From a virus, in IMG/VR virus record IMGVR_UViG_3300031485_000046: DNA of 64,000 bases; one strand, given 5' to 3'. The notes under the pieces are model-generated. The model was given only the letters and a program-made list of their open reading frames with translations, did no database searches and was not told where the DNA came from. Made by a program: the position numbers and the translations under genes. Below are positions 1-10,324 of the stretch, piece after piece (positions within the stretch are counted from its first letter, which is position 1; each line of letters begins with the position of its first letter).

Positions 1-250
1 GCTGATATACTCAATATCATCTTTCTGCATACCTTTCTTTATCTTCTCCGTGAATATGCCTTCAATATCACGGAACGGAGCTTTATTATATTTCTTGAAG
101 TAATCCACACACCAACTGGATAATAATTTAGCCGTAGATGCTTCCATGTAATGGATTGACCATATCGGAGCGATAGCACGAATAAAATCATCGGACACGA
201 TTAAGCCAATAAGGATTTTTCGTTCTATGAATTTATCTGGCTTTTCCATT
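1..250 (-). CDS. Partial CDS (N-terminal 83 codons; continues beyond window start); possible DnaB-like replicative helicase N-terminal region
   Basis: ATG at 248-250 preceded by AGGAGGG RBS; open to position 1; sits directly downstream of the DnaC-like loader gene; weak resemblance to DnaB N-terminal domain. Confidence 0.5.
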
Positions 251-259
251 TAGGCCCTC

Positions 260-910
260 CTACTCGTTATTGTAATGGTACTTTATGATTTGTGAGCACA
301 TCCGTCCAATTCTAGATGGTATCCTAGCATCATCCATCATTTCAGACAATCCTTCAATGGACACGTTGCTAGTAAATATGGTTGGGCGCAAATATTCATA
401 TCGGGTATTTATCAACTTGTATATTTTCTCATAATTAGCTGGATTGAATATTCCCTTTTCCACTCCAAAATCATCTAATACTAATAATGGAATTTGAGAT
501 GCAACCTCTATGGGAGTGGCTAAAGCCCAGTCACGGTGATTGTGCTTACTTTCTTTGTCCAGCAAATCTGCCATAGAAGTGAAAATAAAATTCCTAGATG
601 TATTCTGGATATATGCTCTTTTCATTATTTCCACATATATGAACATGGCTAGTACAGTTTTGCCTGACCTGGGTTGATTATGCCATATGTATATCCCGCT
701 ACCTTCAGTAGCTGTCATGGCATCCGCAATCTTACTAACCTTTTGCTTGATAGATTTGGATGAATACGTTTCCAATTCTTTGAGCATTCTAGGAGTAAAA
801 TGCCCTCGCAAATGCATTTCAATAGGATGATTGTCCCATACATTTTCCCTTGCACAAAACTCGCATACTGTAAACTTATATTCTCTTCCGCATTTGTTGC
901 ACATACTCAT
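260..910 (-). CDS. DnaC/IstB-like helicase loader ATPase with N-terminal CxxC zinc ribbon
   Basis: Walker A GSGIYIWHNQPRSGKT, Walker B LLVLDDFG, sensor TSN; RBS AAGGAGGG 6 nt upstream of ATG. Confidence 0.85.
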   Translation of the reverse strand: MSMCNKCGREYKFTVCEFCARENVWDNHPIEMHLRGHFTPRMLKELETYSSKSIKQKVSKIADAMTATEGSGIYIWHNQPRSGKTVLAMFIYVEIMKRAYIQNTSRNFIFTSMADLLDKESKHNHRDWALATPIEVASQIPLLVLDDFGVEKGIFNPANYEKIYKLINTRYEYLRPTIFTSNVSIEGLSEMMDDARIPSRIGRMCSQIIKYHYNNE

Positions 911-930
911 AGGTATCCCTCCTTACAGGA

Positions 931-2346
931 TTATTCTGACTGAATCACATTACCCAACGCATCATAAAACACTATCTTTTCATCCACATGGAGTTTATTC
1001 TTTCCATTATGTCTTCGTATCCTGCTACGGAAATCTTCTATCATCCGATATTTTTTTACGAATTCTTCCATATCTCGTACTACGGGCATATAATCCATAG
1101 TTTTGTTATGAATATGCCATGACAGCAAAGTAGATAAATTGGCGGGCGGAACCTCCTCAGACATACTGAATCGGTACAAAGAATTTGCCCATTTCAGTAT
1201 TGGCGGATTCTTGGTTTTCAATGATTCTGCTAATTCTCTAGCCATTTCGACGAACGCCGGAGGCGTATTGTCGAGGGCTAATGAATAATAAAACCAGCTG
1301 AAAGCTGTTTTAGTACCTTCTTTATCTCTGGATGCAAACTCATTCCAAAGTAGGTTTGGAAGAGATACTTTTCCGGTTTCTTTAGATTTATTCCTACTTG
1401 TAACTGCTGTAAGCAGGAGATTCTTAATCTCTTCCGTTGTCCATTGTTTTCTCAGGTAAACCTGGTCGATCTTAAAGGTTTGGAAGAACTCTCGTAATTC
1501 TTTTCTTGGTTGATTGTTCTTCATGCTGACTATCGGTATTCCCTGCAACAATGCTGAAAGCATCTTGCAGGCGGATTGTATCGTTTTACTCTTTGGATCA
1601 AGGTTATGCTTTGTCACATTTGGAAGAGTATTCCAATAAGAAATTATTTCTGAATTAATATCAGATAAAACACTGGCGGACACGCATGTGTCCGATAAAG
1701 TTTTTATTCTTGTATCTTCTTTAGAAGATACAGGAAGAATAACTTTAGTTATTCTTTTGTATTTGTTTATATGTTTATTAGGTTTATATTGTGCCTCGGT
1801 GTTAGGCGTAATGTTAGCATTGATGTTAGGAGTAATGCTGTGAGTGTCATTTTCGATACTCTGGGCGAAAGCTGTTCGTACAACTGAATCGGTACGTTCA
1901 TTGACCTTTTCTACGGGTTCTGTAGAAGGTGTAAATAGTTCTATCAGCTTCAACGGGTTTATTTTGTACCATTCTTTTGCAGGTAAACCTCTGAATTCCG
2001 ATTGCATTACACCTTTTTGAATAAGGATCTTTTTTGCGTATATCACAAATTGTCCAGAAAGGTGCCCTTTTTCATACAGGTCCTTCTTGGTATAGTAAAA
2101 CCATCCTTTATGATTAGGGTACTTCTGCATGTTATACATACACATTTCAATATACATGGATACAAGTCCAGCAAACATCCATCCGTACTTTTTGACCAAT
2201 TCTTTGTTAACGGTATAATAGCTGATTTTACATACCAGGCGATTCATTATTTCGCATTCCTGTTCGTAAGTCAATTCTTTACATTTACCATATTTCTTTT
2301 GTAAAGATTCAATGGTTATTTTTTTATCTTTTTTTATTTTTTCCAT
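931..2346 (-). CDS. Hypothetical protein; possible replication initiation/replisome organiser (by position upstream of loader)
   Basis: Long ORF; start taken at MEKIKK (ATG 2344-2346); function inferred only from context. Confidence 0.65.
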   Translation of the reverse strand: MEKIKKDKKITIESLQKKYGKCKELTYEQECEIMNRLVCKISYYTVNKELVKKYGWMFAGLVSMYIEMCMYNMQKYPNHKGWFYYTKKDLYEKGHLSGQFVIYAKKILIQKGVMQSEFRGLPAKEWYKINPLKLIELFTPSTEPVEKVNERTDSVVRTAFAQSIENDTHSITPNINANITPNTEAQYKPNKHINKYKRITKVILPVSSKEDTRIKTLSDTCVSASVLSDINSEIISYWNTLPNVTKHNLDPKSKTIQSACKMLSALLQGIPIVSMKNNQPRKELREFFQTFKIDQVYLRKQWTTEEIKNLLLTAVTSRNKSKETGKVSLPNLLWNEFASRDKEGTKTAFSWFYYSLALDNTPPAFVEMARELAESLKTKNPPILKWANSLYRFSMSEEVPPANLSTLLSWHIHNKTMDYMPVVRDMEEFVKKYRMIEDFRSRIRRHNGKNKLHVDEKIVFYDALGNVIQSE

Positions 2347-2855
2347 GGCAATACATCTCTCGCTTTCCATGCACAATAATACAACATACTTGTACAAGAT
2401 GCCGCAGGAATATAATACCATGTAACAGATTTTTTGAATCGTTTTTCCTTTTCAATCTTGATAAAGTTAATGGATTGTAGAAATTTAATAACCTCCCGTA
2501 TCTTTTTAAGCGGGAATAGCGTTCTCTCTTGCATTTTTCGTAAAGGGTACGTAAACCAGATATTTCCTTGTTTATCTTCATGGTACTTATCTATCTCATC
2601 TAATTTTCGTTCTGCTGGATATAAATAGTAATGATCATACCCGGAATTTCCGTATGTGTCTTCCGCTATTTGTTTGGCTTCTATCATTAGTGAAATGATT
2701 ACTGCCGTTTCAGTACCCATTATTTTAAGGATATTTGAGTCAATCATAATCCTATCCATCCCACATAGATTCCATGCTACTTTTTCACGAATATCGGAAG
2801 TTATTTCCTTTCCATATACTTTCATAAATGTTTCCATATTCGGTAAACTTTCCAT
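2334..2855 (-). CDS. Hypothetical protein
   Basis: 173-codon ORF with RBS GGAGGTAC upstream of ATG. Confidence 0.7.
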   Translation of the reverse strand: MESLPNMETFMKVYGKEITSDIREKVAWNLCGMDRIMIDSNILKIMGTETAVIISLMIEAKQIAEDTYGNSGYDHYYLYPAERKLDEIDKYHEDKQGNIWFTYPLRKMQERTLFPLKKIREVIKFLQSINFIKIEKEKRFKKSVTWYYIPAASCTSMLYYCAWKARDVLPWKK

Positions 2856-2880
2856 TTATGTACCTCCTTCCGAAAAACCT

Positions 2881-3398
2881 TCAGGCCCTCCATTGTTAAA
2901 AAAGAGCGGAGGTTTTCAAAATTTGGCAACCTCCGCCCTTCCCACGCCCCTAATTCGTGTTTTTGTTTTTTGGAACAATGATGGTGAAACTTTTGCTTTA
3001 TTTACTCGAAACCTTTGTTGCAAGAATGACTGTTTCTGCTTGTCAGGAAATGAAAATCGTCATCATTTTCACATCCAAACTAGGATGATTACAATTATAA
3101 AATAGAATGCTGTTGTGCCGCACCTAGATCGGCCTAAGATTTTTGGTGAGTACATTCTATTTTATTTTTGTAAAATCCAAGCAGGCGTGTTCACTCTTTT
3201 GGAGCAAAACTACAGCCTCCTTTCATGTGTTTCAAGATATGGAGCTAATCTCGCTTCGTGCGAGAATGCATATTATCATACAATAGAAATTTGTCCTAGT
3301 AAAGTTGTCGAAATATTGATAGCAACGGCAGAGAAACGTATAGCGCCTTGCGTTGCATACGCATGGCGGAGAAACGGTCGGCGGAGAAACGGAGAAAC
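2881..3398. repeat. Non-coding element A: conserved TCAGGCCCTCCATT box (2881-2894) and GGCGGAGAAAC direct repeats (3365-3375, 3380-3390, partial 3391-3398); homologous to element at 15169-15697
   Basis: Shared end motifs at near-identical spacing (about 485 bp) in two intergenic regions. Confidence 0.6.
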
Positions 3399-3567
3399 TC
3401 CGCTCCTAAATCTCTGCATGGATCTCCGGAGTGCCTTCTGGATTCCTGAAAACGGTAATACTGCTTACCTCAGAAGTTATACCTGTTCCAGAATCGTATA
3501 CCTTTAAGCGGTGCTGGAACAAAGGTATTGCCAAATTGAGAAGCCTTACCGCGTCTTCTAATTCCAT

Positions 3568-3822
3568 TTACTGTTCCACCTTTGTCATAATTGTGGTACC
3601 GCCCATTTCTACAAACAGGATTGTATATTTACCTTCTGTTTTTTTGGCATACTTGTCGAAAAAGGCCATAAACGTAACAAATTCCATACATATTGTCCGT
3701 ACTACCGTAGGAACGCCTTCTGGAGTAGTTGCCCATTCCACATTAATGCTGATAATACCGTCTGGTAACTGGATTCTATCTGTTTTAGTTATCAATTTAT
3801 AAATCTTAATCCTTTCGTCCAT
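3568..3822 (-). CDS. Hypothetical small protein
   Basis: 84-codon ORF with RBS AAAGGAGAAGG. Confidence 0.6.
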   Translation of the reverse strand: MDERIKIYKLITKTDRIQLPDGIISINVEWATTPEGVPTVVRTICMEFVTFMAFFDKYAKKTEGKYTILFVEMGGTTIMTKVEQ

Positions 3823-4108
3823 TTTTATACCTTCTCCTTTCTATTATGAAAAATAGACTGATAACCACACCTATTACTTCCACGGATTTCATGTTTCCTT
3901 GGTTGGTACGCTATAGCCTTTACTTTCAAGCTATAGTTTCATGTCTTTTTTGCTACCTAGTGATCCTGAGCGATTCTAGAGCCAAGGTTATACTTCTCGT
4001 TTACATCTATCCGATATATAATACACAGGTAATTCTTTTCCTTCAGATGATGGAAAGAAAAAAAGTAGAATATATTAATCAGCTATATTTTTCACAAACG
4101 AATATGGG

Positions 4109-4134
4109 TAAAAAGAAGGCAAGGTACTGCCTTC
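4109..4134 (-). terminator. Rho-independent terminator downstream of primase gene
   Basis: Stem GAAGGCA/TGCCTTC (4115-4121, 4128-4134), 6-nt loop, U-run on minus strand (A-run 4110-4114 on plus). Confidence 0.5.
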
Positions 4135-4137
4135 TTC

Positions 4138-5046
4138 CTAAATCCAACCTAGCAATTCTTTCTTCAAGGCATCCGCGTCAGTTTGTGCCATATCACCGGG
4201 GTCACCTTGTATTTTTATAGAATAGGCATCCACGCCTCTAAGTATAAGTTCCGCAGTCAATTTTTCCGATTGTTTTATTGCCTGCGGATCATCATCGAAT
4301 ACCACAAATACTTTCTTGAACCTTTTGCTTATTTCCCTTACCTGATATTTAGTGTATTTTATCCCAAAAGTAGCAATAGCACCGTACCCAAATCTCCATG
4401 CGTCTGTGACACCCTCCACACAAATGCAAGCATCATAATCCTTAATTGGTATCGCTTGGTAAAATACGTGCTTGTGTTTTACTATCTCTCGTTGTTCTGG
4501 ACACGTTATATAGCGGAGGGAATGCTTGGCAGTAATATCCCTCGTCTGAAAAGACACAATACGATTTTCCCAATAGATGGGAATAACTAATCTGTGGGAG
4601 AATGATATTCCATCCATAAGACTGATAGGACCTGTGCCTTGTACATCCCATATCTTTTCGATTACCTCTGGATTAAACTTTCTTTTGGTAAGGTATCTTT
4701 TATGACGATCGTTCATTGGTGCAGTAGAAGGAGGCAGTCTGAATTTTTTCTGACCGACTCTTACTGTTACAGTAGATTTTACATGACTCTTACCTCCGTA
4801 TTTCCTTGCTATTTCCTTTGCTTCTTTCTCTGATACGTGTATAAGTAGTGCTAGAGCTTTATGGGTCGCTTTCCAACCGCATCTCCAACAGACATAAAAA
4901 TCATCCGCCATATTGTATCCTAAATGCATTCCTGGATTACCAATGCAAAAAGGGCAGGTCGTATTGACCCACCCTTCCCGACAATGTTTATGCCCTTCCG
5001 TAGCAAATGGTACGTTAAAATCCTTGTACAATTGGATTATATTCAC
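4138..5046 (-). CDS. DNA primase (DnaG-like, CHC2 zinc finger plus TOPRIM)
   Basis: HKHCREGWVNTTCPFC zinc finger; TOPRIM motifs CVEGVTDAWRF, VFDDDPQA, GDPGDM; GTG start with AGGAGG RBS. Confidence 0.85.
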   Translation of the reverse strand: MNIIQLYKDFNVPFATEGHKHCREGWVNTTCPFCIGNPGMHLGYNMADDFYVCWRCGWKATHKALALLIHVSEKEAKEIARKYGGKSHVKSTVTVRVGQKKFRLPPSTAPMNDRHKRYLTKRKFNPEVIEKIWDVQGTGPISLMDGISFSHRLVIPIYWENRIVSFQTRDITAKHSLRYITCPEQREIVKHKHVFYQAIPIKDYDACICVEGVTDAWRFGYGAIATFGIKYTKYQVREISKRFKKVFVVFDDDPQAIKQSEKLTAELILRGVDAYSIKIQGDPGDMAQTDADALKKELLGWI

Positions 5047-5551
5047 GGCAATCCTCCTGCATTAGGGCTTTCAGTTCGTTTATCGTATCCCAAATTCTTT
5101 CGTGTGTCCAACCTTTCTCTCTGAGGATGTGGCGCAATTTCCCACGAACTGCTCTACCGCTCATGCTACCATATTCTTCTTGTGCCTCTATAATCATATC
5201 ATATACGATTTTGGCAGAAGGACTCATACGATCCATCTTTTCTTCCCATTCTTCTTTAGCATCTACCGATTCAGGTGATGGTATAGTATATTCCATTTCT
5301 TCATCGAAAAAAGTACATGGAACCTTTTTCTGATGATACAGGTAATTGTTCAGTTTGGATTTTACGCACAAGGCAATCCAATTTATCAATGGTACGTTTT
5401 TATCCGCTTTGTATGTATTCAAGGCAACTGTATAGCCAACTGTAGCCTCAGAAAAAAGTTCCTCAAAATCTACTCCAGAGGTTTTATTGTACGACCAAGC
5501 TAATTTCCTTAGAAAGTTCTGGTACTTTTTATAGGTAGCGGTATCAGTCAC
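5015..5551 (-). CDS. Sigma-70 family-like transcription factor (regions 2 and 4)
   Basis: DFEELFSEATVGYTVALNTYKADKNVPLINWIALCVKSKL resembles sigma region 2; C-terminal HTH-like segment; start placed at GTG 5549-5551 with AGGAGGA RBS. Confidence 0.55.
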   Translation of the reverse strand: MTDTATYKKYQNFLRKLAWSYNKTSGVDFEELFSEATVGYTVALNTYKADKNVPLINWIALCVKSKLNNYLYHQKKVPCTFFDEEMEYTIPSPESVDAKEEWEEKMDRMSPSAKIVYDMIIEAQEEYGSMSGRAVRGKLRHILREKGWTHERIWDTINELKALMQEDCREYNPIVQGF

Positions 5552-5565
5552 AATATATTCCTCCT

Positions 5566-5784
5566 TTAGGATTTTCTGCTGTACTTGTGATGGTGTGGGC
5601 AGTAACAACGCCTATCAGAACGTAACACCAACCAATCCGCTTTTTTAGCACGGAAGACGCATTCTTCAAACGTATCACCAACAAATATCGCCTTGCGTTT
5701 ATACTTGTGGGAAGAGCAATATCTACAATCACATACCATTTCCATGTAGACTCTATCTCCCCACGTCACTCCCACAATAATCAT
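5566..5784 (-). CDS. Small Cys/His-rich protein
   Basis: 72-codon ORF immediately downstream of SNF2 gene; stop inside RBS of next gene. Confidence 0.45.
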   Translation of the reverse strand: MIIVGVTWGDRVYMEMVCDCRYCSSHKYKRKAIFVGDTFEECVFRAKKADWLVLRSDRRCYCPHHHKYSRKS

Positions 5785-5789
5785 AATAC

Positions 5790-7817
5790 CTACTCCGCAT
5801 AGGAATTCAGCATCGCGGTAAGCATAGAGCCTTCAGGAACATCTTCCCCATCCAGTACCGCAGTAATCACCTTTCTCTTTTCATCTATCATTTCTGCCAA
5901 CCTTTCTTCAATTGTGCCTCTGGGAAGAAGATACCAAATGTTGACAGCATTTTTTTGTCCAATACGATTGCACCTGTCCTCCGCCTGATCTAGGAGCCCA
6001 GGTGTCCAAGGCAGTTCAAGGAAAGCTACGTTGTGGGAAGCGGTAAGTGTGATACCTACTCCAGCCGCCTTAATATTACCTACGAACAATCTTACGGAAG
6101 GGTCATTCTGAAATCTATCCACTATCTCTGCTCGTTTTTGGGCAGATACAGACCCGTCTATTTTTACCGCAATCCCTGTATTGAATTCATCCATAATGGC
6201 TGATATGATTTCCTTGTGGACAGCAAACACTACAAGTTTATGGGAAGTATCGTTCAGGAAATCTTTAATCCATTCAATCGCACCCTTTAATGCACCCTTA
6301 GCCGCCATAAACCTAAGAGCAGAAATCTGGGCAAGTGCTTCCGCATTAGAAGCCTTAGCCGCTGCCAACGCACCTTTATTTTCAGTAACCCAACCAATAA
6401 AATCTCTTTCTACCTTTCGATATTCCTTCTCATTAGACAAGGCTACAGGGATGACTGCTCTCTGCTTAGGTGGCAATTCTGTCAGGACTTCTTCTTTCCT
6501 TCTACGGATCATAACTCCCTGAAGTTTTTCGTACAATTCTTCGAGATTAGAAGCACCATTGTAATCCCAACCGAATCCATTGTGCTTGGCATCGCAGTAC
6601 CGATTGGCAAAGTGCATGAAATTAGGAAAGAGATTAGGTTCTACCATGCGGATAGCATTGTATATCTCCTTAGGCCGATTGATTACGGGTGTTCCTGACA
6701 TAGGAATAATATGAGGGATCCTTTTTGCCAATGCTTTCACGGCTTTGGTTCGGATAGTAGCATTGTTCATTATTGCCTGACATTCATCCAGTACCAGCAC
6801 CTTAGGACTAAGGCTTGCAAGGTATTCTTGCCATCCTGCCACTATATCATAATTAAGGATGATTATGTCAGGGTTATCAAGTTGGTATGCCTTTTTTCCT
6901 TCAAGTACAACTGCCTTTCTATCATCAGAAAGGCATCCTTTCACTTCTTTCAGCCAATTATATTTTACCACTGCTGGTGAAATGACAATAGTAGGCTTCA
7001 GTTCAGGATGGGCATGAATGTAGGCAAGGGCTTGAATAGTTTTGCCTAGTCCCATATCATCTCCAATTATTGCTTTACCATTCCGATGTTCCAAAAAAGC
7101 TACTCCCTGTGCTTGGAAAGGGTACAGCTTTTTCTTCAAACCTTCTATATTCGCTTCCTTCATATCATGGACAGATTTCTCTATCCTTGATATGATGTTC
7201 ACCAGCCCTTCATCAATAGAGAAACCCCATTCTTTTACCTGTTTGATAGAGGCAGGCGAAGCAGAAGCAACCCAATACTTTTCGGTTTCCTTGCTGACAA
7301 ATGACCTGTTAGGAAGCGATTTTACCTTCCCAAGCAGATCACCTGTAGGCTCGAAGGTTAGTTTCATCATATCGCCAGCGACTAATGTGGCGATACTTTT
7401 CTGAGGTTCCCGATTACCATCGTAGGATTTGTGAGTAGAAGGCACCTGAACAGTTCCCGCGTCCTCGTAGGCTATGAGAACAGATTTAGGGAACCAAGAA
7501 TCAACAACCTTGCTTCTCGTAACACCTTTTGCCATCTCGATCTGTTCTGGCGTAAGGGATTCAAGAACAAGGTCACGCAAGCCCCAGTCCTTAAGACACT
7601 CAGGACCAATGCCAATGAGTTTAGAACCGGGATGGGTAAGTGCTCTTCCACATTTGGAACAACGAACTTCTGGATCAATCTCACCGTACCCGTATAGGTA
7701 AACTGCTCTTGCAGTTTCCCTAAGGATTGCGGCTTTGAAGTATATTGGTACACCTTTCTCTCTTGCTACTATGGGTCTGGTTCGATAGAACTTTGCAGGC
7801 AGCTCCATGAATGTCAT
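5790..7817 (-). CDS. SNF2/RAD54-family helicase
   Basis: DMGLGKTIQ (motif I), LVLDECQ (motif II), helicase C motifs LFVGNIKAAGVGITL and QAEDRCNRIGQ; RBS AAGGAGGG. Confidence 0.9.
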   Translation of the reverse strand: MTFMELPAKFYRTRPIVAREKGVPIYFKAAILRETARAVYLYGYGEIDPEVRCSKCGRALTHPGSKLIGIGPECLKDWGLRDLVLESLTPEQIEMAKGVTRSKVVDSWFPKSVLIAYEDAGTVQVPSTHKSYDGNREPQKSIATLVAGDMMKLTFEPTGDLLGKVKSLPNRSFVSKETEKYWVASASPASIKQVKEWGFSIDEGLVNIISRIEKSVHDMKEANIEGLKKKLYPFQAQGVAFLEHRNGKAIIGDDMGLGKTIQALAYIHAHPELKPTIVISPAVVKYNWLKEVKGCLSDDRKAVVLEGKKAYQLDNPDIIILNYDIVAGWQEYLASLSPKVLVLDECQAIMNNATIRTKAVKALAKRIPHIIPMSGTPVINRPKEIYNAIRMVEPNLFPNFMHFANRYCDAKHNGFGWDYNGASNLEELYEKLQGVMIRRRKEEVLTELPPKQRAVIPVALSNEKEYRKVERDFIGWVTENKGALAAAKASNAEALAQISALRFMAAKGALKGAIEWIKDFLNDTSHKLVVFAVHKEIISAIMDEFNTGIAVKIDGSVSAQKRAEIVDRFQNDPSVRLFVGNIKAAGVGITLTASHNVAFLELPWTPGLLDQAEDRCNRIGQKNAVNIWYLLPRGTIEERLAEMIDEKRKVITAVLDGEDVPEGSMLTAMLNSYAE

Positions 7818-7840
7818 GGTTTAATGCCCTCCTTTGGATT

Positions 7841-8152
7841 TTAGATGAGTTTCTGGTTCCTATTTAGCATTCCCTTCAGTTCATACTCCTTTTTTAACTT
7901 GTGGTAATACAAGTGCCAATCTGGAAGGGGATTCATGTGCAATTTCCCATCCCCCGATTCTGAAATGAACCATACTGCAAATCCTAACTTTCCTGAATAC
8001 CGAACGAGGAACTGGTCCCCGTTCTCGTTCATCCGCACCGCGTAACTCCAGCGGATGGTTTCTCCGCGGGCCTTCATATTCCGCATGGAAAAATGCTGAT
8101 CGCCTTGTGATATAAAGGCCCTACGAAGTTCGTTTACCGTATACTTTTTCAC
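7841..8152 (-). CDS. Hypothetical protein
   Basis: GTG start 8 nt after AAGGAGG; follows upstream stop directly. Confidence 0.6.
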   Translation of the reverse strand: MKKYTVNELRRAFISQGDQHFSMRNMKARGETIRWSYAVRMNENGDQFLVRYSGKLGFAVWFISESGDGKLHMNPLPDWHLYYHKLKKEYELKGMLNRNQKLI

Positions 8153-8455
8153 CTACATACCCTCCTTTATTCCGTATCTTTTTACTACCTCAAGTCTGCC
8201 ACAAGGTATACCCCCTATTTCAAATTCTACATAATCCTCTTCCTTTACCATAAATGTGATATTGGACAATCTTACGGTAGGTTTCAACAGGTATTTCTTT
8301 ATAACCTTTTTAAGTAGTTTATCCGTAGTCCATGTTTCCTCGTCCATTGTTAAAGGGGAATCGTGTTTCCATTGATCATTGACTTCATATCCCTCTTTTT
8401 TGTTGCCCCATACATCATACAGCCATATCTGAACATCCATATACTTTTGTTCCAT
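8153..8455 (-). CDS. Hypothetical protein
   Basis: Start placed at internal ATG (8453-8455) preceded by AAGGGGGG RBS. Confidence 0.55.
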   Translation of the reverse strand: MEQKYMDVQIWLYDVWGNKKEGYEVNDQWKHDSPLTMDEETWTTDKLLKKVIKKYLLKPTVRLSNITFMVKEEDYVEFEIGGIPCGRLEVVKRYGIKEGM

Positions 8456-8548
8456 CTTTAGTCCCCCCTTCATATTGATAAGGTACAAGAGCAAGGTATG
8501 ATACTATTTTATTTCATAGTGTAATAATATCATACCTTTTTTGTTATG

Positions 8549-9316
8549 TCAAACGCCAGTTGTGTCTGGCTTCATTATTTCATCAGCAATATACATACCA
8601 TTTCTGGAAAACACTTCGCCTAATTTCACAAGCCCTTCAATAATTTCCTTTTCATCCGTTAGCTCCTCGTAAAAATCCCTAAGTTTTAGAAAGGTATACC
8701 TAGAAAGCATTTTTATATAATGAGTTAGCCGTTCCTCTAGCAAGGAAATATTTCTCTGAATAGTATCCATTACCTCATCAGATACAGGTACAAGAATCCC
8801 CTCACCAATATCCGTTGAAGGAAATAGGGTGTTTTCATGGCAGTATATATTAGTGGAGCCGGAAATATAAATATCTAACTTTCCTAGATATTCAACCTTA
8901 GTATATTCCACATTAGGGAAGGGGTGTTCTACATACGAAAGTATCCTATAAACCAAATCTGGATATGTTTGTTCAAGATGGTGCCAGAATGATCCAAACC
9001 CTCGAAAGGTACGGCAATCTTTCTCTACCGTTTTTTCAAACCATTCTTCATGCCAGCTACCAACTGCTTGAGGAATATCTGTATCCTTGAGGACACAAGT
9101 AATTCTAGCACCATCATTCTTACAAGGATACGTAAAATCAGAATGTTCAAAGCCAATAAATGTTATCCCTTGCAATTTAAGAAACAACCGTACCTCTGCA
9201 TAAAAATGCTCGTCCCATTCCTCGGGAAGCTCTACCTTATATTCCGCAAGTGCCTTTCTCTGGATATTGGCGTCCAATTCATTATATCCGTACACTCGTA
9301 TTTTCCTGATTTTCAT
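8549..9316 (-). CDS. Hypothetical protein
   Basis: 255-codon ORF, coupled to upstream small ORF. Confidence 0.7.
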   Translation of the reverse strand: MKIRKIRVYGYNELDANIQRKALAEYKVELPEEWDEHFYAEVRLFLKLQGITFIGFEHSDFTYPCKNDGARITCVLKDTDIPQAVGSWHEEWFEKTVEKDCRTFRGFGSFWHHLEQTYPDLVYRILSYVEHPFPNVEYTKVEYLGKLDIYISGSTNIYCHENTLFPSTDIGEGILVPVSDEVMDTIQRNISLLEERLTHYIKMLSRYTFLKLRDFYEELTDEKEIIEGLVKLGEVFSRNGMYIADEIMKPDTTGV

Positions 9317-9468
9317 ATCCTACACCCTCCTATTCTGATATGGTGTAGGTTAATATTTTCTTTACCTGCATGTTCTTTTTCCTCCTTTGCTTTCTGGATA
9401 GCCTTTATAACCTCGTCAATGTCCTTATACAGGTATACCACATTATTTATGGTTATTTTGTGTATCAT
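9313..9468 (-). CDS. Small ORF (51 aa), not in the supplied ORF track
   Basis: ATG at 9466-9468 with AGGAGG RBS; stop TGA overlaps ATG of next gene (ATATGA). Confidence 0.4.
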   Translation of the reverse strand: MIHKITINNVVYLYKDIDEVIKAIQKAKEEKEHAGKENINLHHIRIGGCRI

Positions 9469-9479
9469 ACCTTTTCCTC

Positions 9480-9782
9480 CTATCCTTTGCAAAAAGAGTA
9501 AAATACCTTAGCGCATTCTCCATCCTTACTAAGGTGGATAAGGTTTGCCGTAAACATCGAAGAACAGGCAACGGCGTGTATTTCCATTCCGCATAGTGCC
9601 GATTCTTCCTTGAACCCATTTGGGCTTGTGGTAAATTCATCAAGCCAGATTCTCTGATTCCTGTATCTAACATAGGGAGAAGATACATCCATATTACCAT
9701 GCTCTTTGTTTACCGCATATTTGATTTCCTGCCAATGGTTACTGCCGAAGATCACCATTTTAGCATTTTCCCAATGTTTCAT
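9480..9782 (-). CDS. Hypothetical protein
   Basis: ORF with 4-nt overlap to upstream gene. Confidence 0.55.
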   Translation of the reverse strand: MKHWENAKMVIFGSNHWQEIKYAVNKEHGNMDVSSPYVRYRNQRIWLDEFTTSPNGFKEESALCGMEIHAVACSSMFTANLIHLSKDGECAKVFYSFCKG

Positions 9783-10072
9783 ACCTGCACCATCCTTTCT
9801 AGGATAGAAAACTCCTTCTCCAATACCTTTAGGGCCGTGTAAATATGGTCATCATTGTAATCCTTACTGTAAAACAAACTGGATATAGCAAAATCATTTT
9901 TCCTGTTTACAAAACCAAATATATCGAATAGTATTCTTCTCCTAAAATCTTTGTAGTCACCCCGTTCCTTTATCCATTTGGCATACCCAATGGCTTCTTC
10001 TTCTGGCGTAGTAGCAAGAAATTTAGCCATTTCCTCTTTCAGGTACTGGTAGTCTTCAGGCGTGATTTTCAT
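9779..10072 (-). CDS. Hypothetical protein
   Basis: 97-codon ORF in operon context. Confidence 0.6.
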   Translation of the reverse strand: MKITPEDYQYLKEEMAKFLATTPEEEAIGYAKWIKERGDYKDFRRRILFDIFGFVNRKNDFAISSLFYSKDYNDDHIYTALKVLEKEFSILERMVQV

Positions 10073-10324
10073 TTACCTTTCCTCCTGAGGATTATACGTA
10101 TGATCGAAAATGGTGCAATGGTCCGCATTGTAAACCCTTATCCTAAGAGTCCCATCTTCCTGAGGAATGCAAGATATACGAAGTATCTTATTTGGCTCAC
10201 CATTTTCCTTTACGAAAAGATCCGTGGCCATTTCCCCTGTTTTACTTCTGGGACCACCTGCAAGCAAAGTTTCCCTACCTTCAATTTCTGACCTGATCCA
10301 AAAATTTCTGATAGTCATACCCAA
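10073..10324 (-). CDS. Hypothetical protein
   Basis: 83-codon ORF in operon context. Confidence 0.55.
   Translation of the reverse strand: MGMTIRNFWIRSEIEGRETLLAGGPRSKTGEMATDLFVKENGEPNKILRISCIPQEDGTLRIRVYNADHCTIFDHTYNPQEER

Noticed and set aside
3115-3802. Two overlapping plus-strand ORFs (130 and 123 aa) in the intergenic element A
   Set aside because: No RBS, overlap the opposite-strand gene 3568-3822 and the iteron-like repeats; more likely non-coding.
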